In this document: positions 21,380 through 33,496 of the stretch, piece after piece | Numbering within the stretch: the stretch's first letter is position 1 | How the letters are laid out: each line of letters opens with the position of its first letter | DNA from: Thermococcus sp. JdFR-02 | GTDB lineage: Archaea > Methanobacteriota_B > Thermococci > Thermococcales > Thermococcaceae | Direction: 5' to 3' | NCBI GenBank assembly: GCA_002009975.1 | Contig: MTLP01000028.1 | Location: forward strand, 32,001-96,000 | DNA length: 64,000 bases | Translations under genes and position numbers: made by a program | Notes under the pieces: model-generated | The model's database searches: none | What the model was told of the DNA's origin: nothing | What the model saw: only the letters and a program-made list of their open reading frames with translations

Positions 21380-22705
21380 ATGACCAGGAGAGTTGTTATT
21401 ATCGGTGGTGGAGCTGCGGGAATGAGCACAGCTTCGAGAGTGAAGAAGTTGAAGCCTAGTTGGGATGTTAAAGTTTTTGAAGCAACGGGATGGATTAGTC
21501 ATGCCCCCTGTGGAGTTCCTTATGTCATTGAAGGAATTTCACCAAAGGAAAGGTTAATGCACTATCCCCCAGAGTTCTTTATCAAAAAGAGAGGTATTGA
21601 CCTGCATTTAAATTCTAAGGTTGTTGAAGTCGAACAGGGTTATGTTAGAGTACAAGAGGGAGATAGGGAGAAAAAATACGACTGGGATTATCTAGTTTTT
21701 GCTAATGGCGCTTCTCCAAAGGTACTGCCAATTGAGGGTATTGATTTAAAGGGTGTTTTTACAGCTGATCTCCCTCTAGATGCAGTTGCAATCCAAGAAT
21801 ACATGCAAAAATATGATGTTAGAGACGTCGTTGTAATTGGGACTGGTTACATAGCTTTGGAAATGGCTGAAGCATTTGTTGCTCAAGGTAAAAATGTCAC
21901 ACTAATTGGGAGAAGTGGAAGAGTTTTAAGGAAAACCTATGACAAGGAGATTACTGATGTAGTTGAGCAAAAACTTAAGGAACACTTAAATCTTAGATTA
22001 AAAGAGCTAACAGTTGAAATTAAAGGAAAAGAGAGGGTTGAAAAAGTAATAACTGATGCAAGCGAATACAAAGCGGATTTGGTTATTATAGCAACTGGAA
22101 TAAAACCAAATATTGAATTAGCTAAGCAGTTAGGTGTTAGGATCGGTGAAACTGGGGCAATTTGGACAAATGAAAGGATGGAAACAAGTGTTGAAAATGT
22201 TTATGCAGCTGGTGACGTTGCAGAAACAAGACATCTAATAACTAAAAGAAGAGTTTGGATTCCTTTAGCCCCAGTAGGTAATAAAATGGGTTATGTCGCT
22301 GGCTCCAATATAGCGGGGAATAGTATAACTTTTCCGGGCATTTTAGGAACTCAAATAACAAAGTTCATGGATTTAGAAATTGGAAAAACAGGTTTAAGTG
22401 AGACAGAGGCAATAAAAGAAGGGTATGATGTTAAAACAGCATTTATTGAAGCGAAAACAAAGCCTCATTACTATCCAGGAGCAAAGGAGATTTGGCTCAA
22501 AGCAATAGCAGAGAAAGAAACAAACAAACTCTTAGGCTTACAAGCAGTTGGAAGCGAAGTTTTACCAAGAATCGATGCCTTTGCAATAGCTTTGCAAGCA
22601 GGTTTTACAACTAAGGACTTATTCTTTAGCGACTTAGCATACGCACCGCCATTTGCCCCGGTTTGGGATCCATTGATTGTTTTAGCGAGGGTCTTGAAGT
22701 TTTAA
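21380..22705 (+). CDS. cdr: CoA-disulfide reductase / NAD(P)H:sulfur oxidoreductase
   Basis: GGGAAG, SHAPCG active Cys and YAPPF motifs. ATG at 21380 follows AGGTGG. Confidence 0.9.
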   Translation: MTRRVVIIGGGAAGMSTASRVKKLKPSWDVKVFEATGWISHAPCGVPYVIEGISPKERLMHYPPEFFIKKRGIDLHLNSKVVEVEQGYVRVQEGDREKKYDWDYLVFANGASPKVLPIEGIDLKGVFTADLPLDAVAIQEYMQKYDVRDVVVIGTGYIALEMAEAFVAQGKNVTLIGRSGRVLRKTYDKEITDVVEQKLKEHLNLRLKELTVEIKGKERVEKVITDASEYKADLVIIATGIKPNIELAKQLGVRIGETGAIWTNERMETSVENVYAAGDVAETRHLITKRRVWIPLAPVGNKMGYVAGSNIAGNSITFPGILGTQITKFMDLEIGKTGLSETEAIKEGYDVKTAFIEAKTKPHYYPGAKEIWLKAIAEKETNKLLGLQAVGSEVLPRIDAFAIALQAGFTTKDLFFSDLAYAPPFAPVWDPLIVLARVLKF

Positions 22706-23448
22706 ACCCTTATTAAATATTTTTTGCTCTCTTCTCCAAATCCTCTGAAAGAACCGAGCTTTAGCTTTAACAATGCTTTATCAATATTTATTACCTTCAT
22801 GGAGGCTATATGGGTAATCCCAGTTTCTTTAAAGAACTCTGGAAGTGCTTGAGCACTTGGACCGACTAAAATTCTAAGCTTAGCTTTTTTGGAACGTTCT
22901 AGAATCAGGTCTAAGGTGTCATTAATCAATGCTGAGCCGCTAATTAATAATGCATCCATCTTTGGCAGCAAACGATATTCTAAAGCATCGCTAAAGGTTT
23001 CTTTATCCATTATCTTTGGATTTCTCTCGAAAACATAGACTTCGTAACCTCTTTCCTTCATACTTTTAACCAGTGGGGGCATGTTTCCAATTAATGCTAC
23101 TCTTCTAATTCCTTCAGTTTTAAAGACAATCTCACTCCCATCTTCTTCATTTGCACAGCTTAAATCAATGTAGTACTGGGAGACAGCATTTATTGCTGCT
23201 ATTCCAAGTGTTCTCTCTATTATGTTCAGGCTGTTGGATTTTTCTATAAAACTCTCAACGCTAATCTCTTCAAAGCTCGATTTGTAAACCTGTATTTCCT
23301 CTGGTAAAGTCATTGCAACTCCAAGGGCTTTTCCTTTTTTGCCTCCTATTAGAACATATGTGTAAGGCAAAGCAAAAGAGAAATCTAAGATTCTAAGATC
23401 TTCATTAATTATTGAGAGGGCTTTTTCCTTTAGCTCATCAATTATCAT
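22702..23448 (-). CDS. DUF364 Rossmann-like protein (putative heavy-metal chelation domain)
   Basis: [25 protein letters not shown] and VGPS motifs. Confidence 0.8.
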   Translation of the reverse strand: MIIDELKEKALSIINEDLRILDFSFALPYTYVLIGGKKGKALGVAMTLPEEIQVYKSSFEEISVESFIEKSNSLNIIERTLGIAAINAVSQYYIDLSCANEEDGSEIVFKTEGIRRVALIGNMPPLVKSMKERGYEVYVFERNPKIMDKETFSDALEYRLLPKMDALLISGSALINDTLDLILERSKKAKLRILVGPSAQALPEFFKETGITHIASMKVINIDKALLKLKLGSFRGFGEESKKYLIRV

Positions 23449-23466
23449 TAAGCTCACCACTGAATT

Positions 23467-24741
23467 TTAGCATCTTGACCCTTTTAACCCTTTTATTGGT
23501 ATAAGGCTGAGGAAAACAAAAAGAGATGCTAATGCAAAGTTTGTTTGAAAGCCGAAGTGCTGAACTATAAATCCACTTGCAAAGCTTCCTATAATGAATC
23601 CGCTTGAATTAACCAAGTTGAAAACTCCCATGACAGTTCCTTTTTCATTTTCTCTAGCTAATTTCCCAATTATTGAAGTTGTGGATATGCCAATGAAGGA
23701 CCATGAGTAGCCAGCCAGGAAATATGAGAGTATGGCAATTATAAATGAGGCTACACTGTTGAGAAACACTCCTACAACTAGAAGGCTAATTCCAAAAAAT
23801 CTCAAAATTAGACCTTCTCTGAGAACTTTGAATCCTTCTTTTTCCTTGAGCATAATTCCAACCCTTGTGTACATATATGCCGAAATTGATGAGTTTATTA
23901 TTGCAGCTAAATAAACGTGGGTTTTTTCAAATCCCCTGAAGATAAGAAATACTGGGTATTGAGAGAAATATAGACCTGTGGCAATCCAAAAAAGCATAGA
24001 TGAGGTATAAAATCTTTTAAATCTTGAAAGGCTTTTTAGGGCGTTGGGTATATGGAGCATGAAGTTTGGCATGTAGCGCATCTTTTCTGTAACATAGTTA
24101 ACGAAGACTCCAATACTTTGTCTGTTGACATAAATTGGGGCTTCTCTAATCCATGAAAGACTTAGGATTATGGAGGGAATATTTAACAATGCAAATAAAA
24201 TGAAAAGCTGTTTGATAGTCAAGATTCTTGAAAGGGCAAGCCCTAAGGATAATCCCAGCACCCATCCCCAGCCCCCAATTTCATTAAATTTCCCAATTCC
24301 ATAGTCCCAGTTGAGCTTTCTTAAGCTCCTTAGGATGAGAACTATTGAAACGGAAAGGGTTGTTGCTAAAAAGAAGGTATAGATAGAATTGAGGGCTATA
24401 ACGCCTTCTACACTGTTTATGAATGGGAGTAACAATAGAAATAGGGTAACGCTCATGAATCCTGTTATTATGAAAACTTTTCTCTTCAAAGTTCTATCTG
24501 AAACTCTTCCCCAAAAGAGAGCACCAAGCATTGATGATAAGCTCCCTAGGGAATTCATGATTCCGACATCTTGAGCACTTCCTCCCAGCTGGAGCAGATA
24601 GAGAGGCATTAAAATTGAAGTTCCCCCTGTTGATACTTTAAATGGAATAAAGGAATAAAACCACTTGGGTACCTTTGTGGTGCCGTAATGTAGCCCTGAC
24701 ATCTTTTTAGCCATCATACTTGCGTGTACTCTCTTATTCAT
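23467..24741 (-). CDS. MFS transporter
   Basis: About 12 TM segments and motif A (WGRVSDRTLKRK). Confidence 0.88.
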   Translation of the reverse strand: MNKRVHASMMAKKMSGLHYGTTKVPKWFYSFIPFKVSTGGTSILMPLYLLQLGGSAQDVGIMNSLGSLSSMLGALFWGRVSDRTLKRKVFIITGFMSVTLFLLLLPFINSVEGVIALNSIYTFFLATTLSVSIVLILRSLRKLNWDYGIGKFNEIGGWGWVLGLSLGLALSRILTIKQLFILFALLNIPSIILSLSWIREAPIYVNRQSIGVFVNYVTEKMRYMPNFMLHIPNALKSLSRFKRFYTSSMLFWIATGLYFSQYPVFLIFRGFEKTHVYLAAIINSSISAYMYTRVGIMLKEKEGFKVLREGLILRFFGISLLVVGVFLNSVASFIIAILSYFLAGYSWSFIGISTTSIIGKLARENEKGTVMGVFNLVNSSGFIIGSFASGFIVQHFGFQTNFALASLFVFLSLIPIKGLKGSRC

Positions 24742-24982
24742 TTTCCCACCAACTTTCAATTGAGGAATATTCCAATATCGTGCTTTTTATGCGGCTCATT
24801 GTAGCGGAGGGTAGAGTAGAGAAGAGTATTTAAATCTTTCTATTCTAAAATTATGCCTTTTATCTCCAAATTAGCACGAATGCGACTAAATAAATCTTTG
24901 ATGGAGAAATAGATGAAAATCCTTCTTCTAGTCGTTTTAAGAGGCTTATAAAAGGGAGTTCAGTATCTAATTTGGGGGGACA

Positions 24983-25900
24983 TTACTGCACTCTTTTTGA
25001 TAGTATTATGCTCTTTTCTATGATCTTCGGCTTAAATTCCCTTATTTTGTTGTAGTCTTCCACAGACACAAGTGTCCTTAAAGTCTTAAATCCTAAATAT
25101 TTAGCTCTATTTATGGCAAAACTTAGAGCTTCTTTTGGATTTTTGCCCCAAAGATAAAGATAGACAATTTTTGGGTTAGAGAAACTCTCTTTAAGGGTAT
25201 AATAGTATTTATGCTCCATTATCCCAGTCTCATAATAAATCTTATCGTTAATCCCAAAGATTTTGTCTTTTATAACAAACCAGTGGCAATAAGAGCTTTG
25301 AAACTTTCCGAAGATCATCTCTTTAGTTTTTATCTTCTCCCATGGAAATTCCTCCATTTTTATGTTGACTTCTCTTTTGGGCGTCTCTGGGAGGTCTATA
25401 TCTACTGAAAGTCCACTGTAAACCGTCTCATTGAACCCAAGCTTTGAGTAAAATCCTACAGCGTTGGGATCTGGAGTTACGGTTATTAACTCGCACTCTT
25501 TGTCTTTAGCTAACTCGAAGAGATATTCCAGAATTGCTCTCCCAATACCCCTTCTCCTAAATTTTTTATGAACTTCTAAGACATCTAATTGGGCTATTCT
25601 TTTCATTTCTCCTTTTATTGGTTCCTCACTAATTAAAACTTCTGCATGTCCGACTACTTTTCCATTTATCTCAGCCACTATAGGGCACTGATTTTCCAAG
25701 AGTAGTGTGTTTAAGTGAATGGCACAGCTTTCAACGCTCATCCAAGGACCACCATGCAAATATCTGTCTCTAATCGTCAGGTTTTCATAAGCATCTTCTA
25801 TCTTTGAGTCTCCGATATGTCTGTACCACTTTTCAATATCGGAGCAGTGCACTCTAGTAATTCCCTTTGCATCTTCTAACCTTGCCATTCTAATTTTCAT
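24983..25900 (-). CDS. GNAT family N-acetyltransferase
   Basis: LEVHKKFRRRGIG acetyl-CoA motif and NAVGFYSKLGF. Confidence 0.88.
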   Translation of the reverse strand: MKIRMARLEDAKGITRVHCSDIEKWYRHIGDSKIEDAYENLTIRDRYLHGGPWMSVESCAIHLNTLLLENQCPIVAEINGKVVGHAEVLISEEPIKGEMKRIAQLDVLEVHKKFRRRGIGRAILEYLFELAKDKECELITVTPDPNAVGFYSKLGFNETVYSGLSVDIDLPETPKREVNIKMEEFPWEKIKTKEMIFGKFQSSYCHWFVIKDKIFGINDKIYYETGIMEHKYYYTLKESFSNPKIVYLYLWGKNPKEALSFAINRAKYLGFKTLRTLVSVEDYNKIREFKPKIIEKSIILSKRVQ

Positions 25901-25925
25901 AATAATTCACCAAAAAGAAATGAAA

Positions 25926-26891
25926 TTAAAACTCAGCCTCTGCTAAAAGTTCGAGTAAATTAAGCAATCTCCTATTTTCTACACTAGATATGGCTTCTCT
26001 AACCTCATCCTCTTTGATTTTACCATCCTTAAAGAGTGCAACAGCTTTAACACCTTCAAAGAACTGCTTCATTTCAGGGTCCTCTGAAACCCTTATGAAC
26101 ATATCCATGCTATTGTATATTGTTTCAAATTCATCTTCAATCATCAGTTGCCATATAACATCTATCAGCGCTTCAAAAACGATATCTAAATATTCTCCCC
26201 TCTTTCCTTCAATCATTGCATATAAACATTCTTGCAAAGCTGCTTCATAGTTATCCTTATCTTCAAAAATTTCCTCAATAACTAGGTGAGCTTGAGATTT
26301 TATCGTTGGTTTGTCAATAAGTTTTGGTAATAGTTCAGCTATTTCTGCTTTTGCTTCGCTTATTTCACCCTTCTCAAACTTCAAATAAGCAATGTATACA
26401 AGCGTATGGAGGTAATCTTCCTCCCTTTCAAGCTCTTCAAATATTTCAGCAGCCTTTCCCATAAGGTCTATTGCCTTGTCATATTCTGTAAATTCCTCAT
26501 GGATTAAACCCATGTTGTAGTATATCTTTGCTATGTTCTCTTTGTTGCCCTTTTCGGTTTCCTCTTCAAGAATTTGAAGGTATAAATCAAGGGCTTTTTC
26601 AAGCTCTCCAATTAGAGCATATAAATCTGCAAGATGGAACTTTGCATCAAATGTGTCTTCTTTCTTAACAAAGGCTTCAAATTCTCCTATTCTATCTTCC
26701 TCCAAAAATTCCAGATAGAAGTAGACAACCAGTTTGTAAAGCTCAAAATGTTTGCATTCAACGGCTAATTTTTCTGCCTTTTTCAAGATTTCACTAAGTT
26801 GTTCTCCCTCAAGTTCATCTGCTTTGTAATACAAAAGCTCAACCAACTTATCGCAGTCTTTCGTTTCTATTGCCTTTAAAATCTCTTCCAT
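25926..26891 (-). CDS. Tetratricopeptide repeat protein
   Basis: Acidic helical repeats such as AKIYYNMGLIHEEFTEYDKAIDLMGKA. Confidence 0.8.
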   Translation of the reverse strand: MEEILKAIETKDCDKLVELLYYKADELEGEQLSEILKKAEKLAVECKHFELYKLVVYFYLEFLEEDRIGEFEAFVKKEDTFDAKFHLADLYALIGELEKALDLYLQILEEETEKGNKENIAKIYYNMGLIHEEFTEYDKAIDLMGKAAEIFEELEREEDYLHTLVYIAYLKFEKGEISEAKAEIAELLPKLIDKPTIKSQAHLVIEEIFEDKDNYEAALQECLYAMIEGKRGEYLDIVFEALIDVIWQLMIEDEFETIYNSMDMFIRVSEDPEMKQFFEGVKAVALFKDGKIKEDEVREAISSVENRRLLNLLELLAEAEF

Positions 26892-26981
26892 ATTTATCCC
26901 CAAATTATCATTTGGAAGTTGAGATATTTAACTTTTGGGAGAGCGATAGCCTTTTTATCTTAACCTTCCTAATCCTTAATC

Positions 26982-27878
26982 ATGCTAGAAATAGTTTTCC
27001 TTGGTACTGGTGGGATAATGCCAACTGAAGAGAGAAACGTTATTAGCATAGCTTTGAGATATGAGGGAGAGATTATTTTGTTTGATGTTGGTGAAGGGAC
27101 TTTAAGGCAGATGAAAATTGCTAAAATAAGCCCAATGAAAATTGAAAAGATTTTTATCACGCATTTTCACGGTGATCATTACCTTGGCTTAATGAGTTTA
27201 ATCCAGACGATGACTCTCTGGAATAGGGAAAAGCCTTTGCACATTTACGGACCAAAGTACACATACACTTTTATCCAAAATTATTTACAAAGCGGCTTTT
27301 TTAGACCTTCATTCCAAATTTATGTGCACGAACTTGGTGAAAAAAGGATGGATTTTGATAAATACGAAATTTGGAGCTTTAAAGTTGAGCATGGGGTTCC
27401 AGCCTTAGGTTATGTGTTTAAGGAAAAAGATAAAAGAGGAGCCTTTGATTTGGGGAAAATAGCAGAACTTGGCTTAAAACCAGGTCCTTGGATGAAAGAA
27501 CTCGAAATTAAAGGAAAAATAACCATAAATGGAAAAGCTGTTTATTTAGAAGATGTTACAAAGGGAAAGCAGAAGGGAGTTAAAGTTGTTTATAGCGGAG
27601 ATACTGAACCGTGCGAAAGGATAAAGTTATTTTCAGAGAAGGCGGACATTTTGATACATGAAGCAACTTATCTAAGTGGAGAGGATAAAAATGAAAGCTA
27701 TCACTCCACTGTGAGTGAAGCTTGTGAAGTTGCAAAAAGTTCAAAGGTTAAGCTCTTGGCTTTGGTTCATAGGGCACCAAGGTATAAATATAAGGAGTAT
27801 TTAGAAAAAGCAAGAGAGCTTTGCAGTGTTCCTTTCATAGTTCCAAAGGACTTTGATAGGCTAACTTTTAATCGGTGA
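26982..27878 (+). CDS. rnz: Ribonuclease Z
   Basis: FLGTGG, THFHGDH, SGDT, HEAT and HST motifs. Confidence 0.95.
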   Translation: MLEIVFLGTGGIMPTEERNVISIALRYEGEIILFDVGEGTLRQMKIAKISPMKIEKIFITHFHGDHYLGLMSLIQTMTLWNREKPLHIYGPKYTYTFIQNYLQSGFFRPSFQIYVHELGEKRMDFDKYEIWSFKVEHGVPALGYVFKEKDKRGAFDLGKIAELGLKPGPWMKELEIKGKITINGKAVYLEDVTKGKQKGVKVVYSGDTEPCERIKLFSEKADILIHEATYLSGEDKNESYHSTVSEACEVAKSSKVKLLALVHRAPRYKYKEYLEKARELCSVPFIVPKDFDRLTFNR

Positions 27879-27883
27879 GAAGT

Positions 27884-28558
27884 ATGAGCTACTTACGCTA
27901 CGTTAAAGTTGTTGGAACAATGCACGTTTCACCTCAAAGTAGAGAGAATGTGATGAAGGCTATTTTAAACGAAAAGCCCAATGCTATAGCTGTTGAACTT
28001 GATAATAGGAGATTTATTTCTCTTCAAATGCCAAAAAAAGAGCTTAAACTCGGGGATGCATTAAAATTTGGGAGGAGAGGAATAGTCCAATACATTTTGA
28101 CAAAAGTTGAGGAAAAGCTGGGAGAAGAATTTGGAATGATGCCAGGGGGAGAAATGAAGGCAGCTATAGAGCTTGCCCAAACCTTTAGAATCCCTCTCTT
28201 TCTCATTGATGAGGACATAAACTTAATTACTATGAAAATCTTGAAAGCGCCATTTAGAGAGAAATTTTTCCTGTTTTTGGAGAGTTTAACTGTGTTTTTG
28301 CCTATTTTGCCCTCAAGGGAAGTTAGGGAGAGTGATATCCTAAGAGAATTTAAGGACATGATGATTCAGTTTAAGCGCCGCTATCCTTACCTTTTCCATA
28401 TTTTAGTTGAGGAGAGAAATGAGATAATGGCAAAAAACCTTAAAGCTATTGTTGATGAATTAAAGCGTAGAGGTGTTAAAAAACCGAGAGTATTAGCAGT
28501 GGTTGGTTTGGGGCATGTTAAAGGAATTGAGAGGGTTTTGAACTCTTACGGTGATTAG
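27884..28558 (+). CDS. TraB/PrgY (TIKI) family protein
   Basis: VGTMHVS, AVELD, PGGEM, ERNEIMA and VVGLGH motifs. Confidence 0.88.
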   Translation: MSYLRYVKVVGTMHVSPQSRENVMKAILNEKPNAIAVELDNRRFISLQMPKKELKLGDALKFGRRGIVQYILTKVEEKLGEEFGMMPGGEMKAAIELAQTFRIPLFLIDEDINLITMKILKAPFREKFFLFLESLTVFLPILPSREVRESDILREFKDMMIQFKRRYPYLFHILVEERNEIMAKNLKAIVDELKRRGVKKPRVLAVVGLGHVKGIERVLNSYGD

Positions 28559-28560
28559 CT

Positions 28561-28740
28561 ATGATTCAAAGATTAAGGCAAATGTTAAAAGTTGAGATAC
28601 TTGAGGTGGAATATGAGGGGGATAAGATTATCGTTTACGTTCCGAGAGATCAGGTGCGGATTGCAGTTGGAAGTGGAGGTTCGGCAGTAAAAGCTGCAGA
28701 ACTTGTTTTGGGTAAGAAAATAGAAATTAGGGGGAGATAA
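28561..28740 (+). CDS. Small single-KH-domain protein (NusA-KH-like), 59 aa
   Basis: Below the ORF-track cutoff. MIQRLRQMLKVEILEVEYEGDKIIVYVPRDQVRIAVGSGGSAVKAAELVLGKKIEIRGR has a GxxG loop. GGTGA RBS is present and the ORF fills the gap exactly. Confidence 0.85.
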   Translation: MIQRLRQMLKVEILEVEYEGDKIIVYVPRDQVRIAVGSGGSAVKAAELVLGKKIEIRGR

Positions 28741-28741
28741 A

Positions 28742-29320
28742 ATGAGATTAAATAAGCAAGAGCTTGAAGATTTAGCAATTTCATATTTTGTTTTACTACT
28801 CCTGTTTTCAAACTTTAATATTAAAGTTGTTCCATACGTTGCCTTAGCAGTTCTAACTGCCTTTGTTTTTCATGAATTAGCCCATAGGCAAGTGGCTAAG
28901 AAATACGGCTATGTTGCATTTTACAAACGTTGGGACACTGGAATAATGATTGCCTTGCTCCTTGGTATATTAGGAAAAGCAGTTTTTGGTAAAGCAATTG
29001 TTTTTGCAGCCCTCGGAGCAGTCTATATTTATGCTCCCTACCAATATTGGGAGGATAAAGAAGCTGAAGGAAGAATAAGTTTTTCAGGACCTTTAACAAA
29101 CATTGTAATTGGAATAGTTGCTGTGCTAATTCTAAAAACTATGAGCTTGCCTTTGGTGGCTACGTTTGCTCTATATTACACAGCGGCAGTTAACTTCTGG
29201 TTAGCGTTTTTCAACCTATTGCCAATCCCACCCTTGGATGGATATAAAGTGCTTAGGTGGAACACCGCATATTGGGCACTTGGGGTTGGATTTTCATATC
29301 TAATGTATTCTCTCCTTTAA
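28742..29320 (+). CDS. Site-2 protease (M50)
   Basis: HELAH and NLLPIPPLDG motifs. Confidence 0.92.
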   Translation: MRLNKQELEDLAISYFVLLLLFSNFNIKVVPYVALAVLTAFVFHELAHRQVAKKYGYVAFYKRWDTGIMIALLLGILGKAVFGKAIVFAALGAVYIYAPYQYWEDKEAEGRISFSGPLTNIVIGIVAVLILKTMSLPLVATFALYYTAAVNFWLAFFNLLPIPPLDGYKVLRWNTAYWALGVGFSYLMYSLL

Positions 29321-29327
29321 TTTGTTT

Positions 29328-29344
29328 TTTCACTCTTAGTGATA
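29328..29344 (+). promoter_or_regulatory. TGM (TrmBL1/Tgr) site upstream of pgi
   Basis: TTTCAC-TCTTA-GTGATA matches 11 of 12 positions of TATCAC-N5-GTGATA. Confidence 0.75.
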
Positions 29345-29400
29345 CAATATAGAAAGAGTTTTAACCACTAAAATGATATCCTATGTTGGAGGGAGTTAAT

Positions 29401-29970
29401 GTGGAGTACAAGGAACCTTTTGGAGTTAAACTCGACTTTGATAGTGGCATCATTGAGAAAGCTAAGAAAATCGTTAGAAGACTAAGCGATATGAAAGGCT
29501 ATTATGTCAACGAGGAAGCATACGAAGAGCTTTTAAAGGAGAATCCAGTGATTTACGAAGTTTATGCAATTGAGCAGGAGGAAAAGGAAGGCGACTTAAA
29601 CTTTGCGACAACTGTGTTACATCCGGGTAAAGTTGGCAATGAGTTCTTTATGACCAAAGGTCATTATCACGCGAAATTGGACAGGGCAGAAATTTATGTA
29701 GGGCTTAAAGGGAAGGGTGGAATGCTTTTACAGACACCAGAAGGGGAAGCAAGATGGATTGAAATGGAAGAAGGAACAATCGTTTATGTTCCACCATACT
29801 GGGCACATAGGACAATAAATATTGGGAAGGAACCATTTATATTCCTAGCTATTTATCCAGCAGATGCTGGTCACGACTATGGAACAATAGCAGAGAAAGG
29901 CTTTTCAAAGATTGTGGTGGAAGAAGAAAATAGAATCGTCGTGAAAGACAATCCAAAATGGAAGGATTGA
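29401..29970 (+). CDS. pgiA: Cupin-type glucose-6-phosphate isomerase
   Basis: TKGHYH, RAEIY, YWAHRT and AGHDYG motifs. GTG start follows GGAGG. Confidence 0.95.
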   Translation: MEYKEPFGVKLDFDSGIIEKAKKIVRRLSDMKGYYVNEEAYEELLKENPVIYEVYAIEQEEKEGDLNFATTVLHPGKVGNEFFMTKGHYHAKLDRAEIYVGLKGKGGMLLQTPEGEARWIEMEEGTIVYVPPYWAHRTINIGKEPFIFLAIYPADAGHDYGTIAEKGFSKIVVEEENRIVVKDNPKWKD

Positions 29971-30020
29971 ATTTTCTTTGATTTTATTTAATAATCTTCG
30001 TTTAATTTAAATCTTTCTAG

Positions 30021-31433
<1,413 letters not shown>

Positions 31434-31567
31434 CTCTTTTTTAATTTATTTTTAATATGGATAAATTTTATATACGTCAATTGCCTAAAATACTATTGGT
31501 CAATTTTATGCCCCCTTGGTGGCTTAGCTGAGTTGAATAAAATTCTAATTCATTTGGAGGTGATGTT

Positions 31568-32752
31568 ATGCTTTTAGAGGCTCCTGTTTATAAAGAACTC
31601 TTTGGAGCGGTTGAAATATATGAGGTTCAAAAGGTGATAAAGCTTGATACAGAAACTGAAGATATTCACAGTTTCACAGTTAAGAATTTGCCCAGGGGTG
31701 ATATATATAAAACCCTTGGAGAGATGGCGATTGTTGTTCCAATGAAAAATGAGAAGCTACAGCTTGTTGATGGTGTTTTAAAAGCAATCCCTCATAAATG
31801 TCCAATCATAATTGTTTCAAGCAGCAAAAGAGAGGGTCCAAACTTGTTTAAACAAGAAGTCGACTTAGTGAAGCACTTTTACAACTTAACGCACTCAAAG
31901 ATAATTATGATTCATCAAAAGGATATTGGATTAGCAAAAGCCTTCAAAGAAGTAGGTTACACGGATATTTTAGATAGTAGTGGTAACATTAGAAGTGGAA
32001 AAGGGGAAGGTATGTTAATTGGTATTCTCTTAGCTAAAGCTATAGGTGCAAAGTATGTTGGATTTGTTGATGCCGACAACTACATTCCGGGAGCTGTCAA
32101 TGAGTACGTTAAAGACTATGCTGCTGGCTTTTTAATGAGTGAAAGCGATTATGCAATGGTACGCCTAAGCTGGCGTCACAAACCAAAAGTAGGTAAGAGA
32201 GGATTGTATTTCAGAAAATGGGGAAGAGTTAGTGAAATAACCAACCGCTACATGAACATGCTTCTTGGGGAGGGTACAAACTTTGAAACGAACATAATTG
32301 TAACAGGGAATGCTGGGGAGCATGCAATGACAACAAAATTAGCTGAAATACTACCTTTCTCCACTGGTTACTCTATTGAGCCTTTTGAACTTGTTTATTT
32401 ATTTGAGAGATTTGGACGCTGGGAGAACGTTGAGGAGTATCAAGATATTTATGACCAAGGAATTGAAGTCTTCCAGATTGAAACCTTGAATCCGCACTTG
32501 CATGAAGAAAAGGGTCAGGAACATGTTAAAGACATGATACTAATGTCATTGGCGACGATTTATCACTCAAAGCTGGCATCTGAACGCTTAAGGCAAAGAA
32601 TCCTTGATGATCTTAAAATGCATGGAATCTTGGGAGATGATGAAGAGCCAAAGAAGCCCATTGTAATGAGAGCAATTAAGGATATAGACGTTGAGAAATG
32701 GATAAAAGTTCTTGAGAACAACTCTGAGTCGTTGTTAAAGTTTGAGCTATAA
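31568..32752 (+). CDS. mpgS: Mannosyl-3-phosphoglycerate synthase (GT55)
   Basis: [21 protein letters not shown] and GNAGEHAM motifs. Confidence 0.95.
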   Translation: MLLEAPVYKELFGAVEIYEVQKVIKLDTETEDIHSFTVKNLPRGDIYKTLGEMAIVVPMKNEKLQLVDGVLKAIPHKCPIIIVSSSKREGPNLFKQEVDLVKHFYNLTHSKIIMIHQKDIGLAKAFKEVGYTDILDSSGNIRSGKGEGMLIGILLAKAIGAKYVGFVDADNYIPGAVNEYVKDYAAGFLMSESDYAMVRLSWRHKPKVGKRGLYFRKWGRVSEITNRYMNMLLGEGTNFETNIIVTGNAGEHAMTTKLAEILPFSTGYSIEPFELVYLFERFGRWENVEEYQDIYDQGIEVFQIETLNPHLHEEKGQEHVKDMILMSLATIYHSKLASERLRQRILDDLKMHGILGDDEEPKKPIVMRAIKDIDVEKWIKVLENNSESLLKFEL

Positions 32753-32761
32753 GGTGTTAGC

Positions 32762-33496
32762 ATGAAAGTGATTTTCCTTGATTTGGACAAGACTTTGATT
32801 GGTGAAGATTATTCACCAGAACCAGCAAAGCCGATAATTGAAAAGCTAAAAAAGCTTGAGTTTAAAATAATTTTTAACTCATCAAAGACAAGGGCTGAGC
32901 AGGAATACTACAGAGAAGCATTAAATATTAAGGAGCCATTCATAGTTGAGAACGGAAGTGCAGTTTACATACCAAAGGATTATTTTCCATTTAACTTTAA
33001 ATTTACGAGAGAGGATGCAGATTACTACATTATAGAGCTTGGTGAAAGGTATCCGGTTATTAAGGAAACTTTAGACAAGATCAGTGAAGATTTTGGGCTT
33101 AAATATTATGGGAATTCAAGCATTGAGGAAGTCATGAAATTTACAAATCTTCCAAGAAAACTTGCCAGACTTGCCATGATAAGAGAATACTCAGAAACCA
33201 TATTTAAATGGGAAAAAGAAGGATTTGAGAGAGCTTTAGAGAGAAATGGTTTAAAAGTTGTAAAAGGAAGCAGGTTTTACAATGTAACGGGAAAAACAGA
33301 TAAAGGAAAAGCTACTAAGATTGTCCTAAGCTTGTACTCCAAAATTGGAGAAGTTGAGAGCTATGCTGTTGGGGATGGTTTAAATGATGTTCCAATGCTC
33401 GATGCTGTTGACTTCGCTTTCATTGTTGGAGATCTAAAACATCCGAATGCTAAAAATATAAGATCGATAAAAGAAATCTTGGAGGTGATGGAATGA
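32762..33496 (+). CDS. mpgP: Mannosyl-3-phosphoglycerate phosphatase (HAD)
   Basis: DLDKT, SSKTRAE and GDGLND motifs. Follows mpgS. Confidence 0.93.
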   Translation: MKVIFLDLDKTLIGEDYSPEPAKPIIEKLKKLEFKIIFNSSKTRAEQEYYREALNIKEPFIVENGSAVYIPKDYFPFNFKFTREDADYYIIELGERYPVIKETLDKISEDFGLKYYGNSSIEEVMKFTNLPRKLARLAMIREYSETIFKWEKEGFERALERNGLKVVKGSRFYNVTGKTDKGKATKIVLSLYSKIGEVESYAVGDGLNDVPMLDAVDFAFIVGDLKHPNAKNIRSIKEILEVME

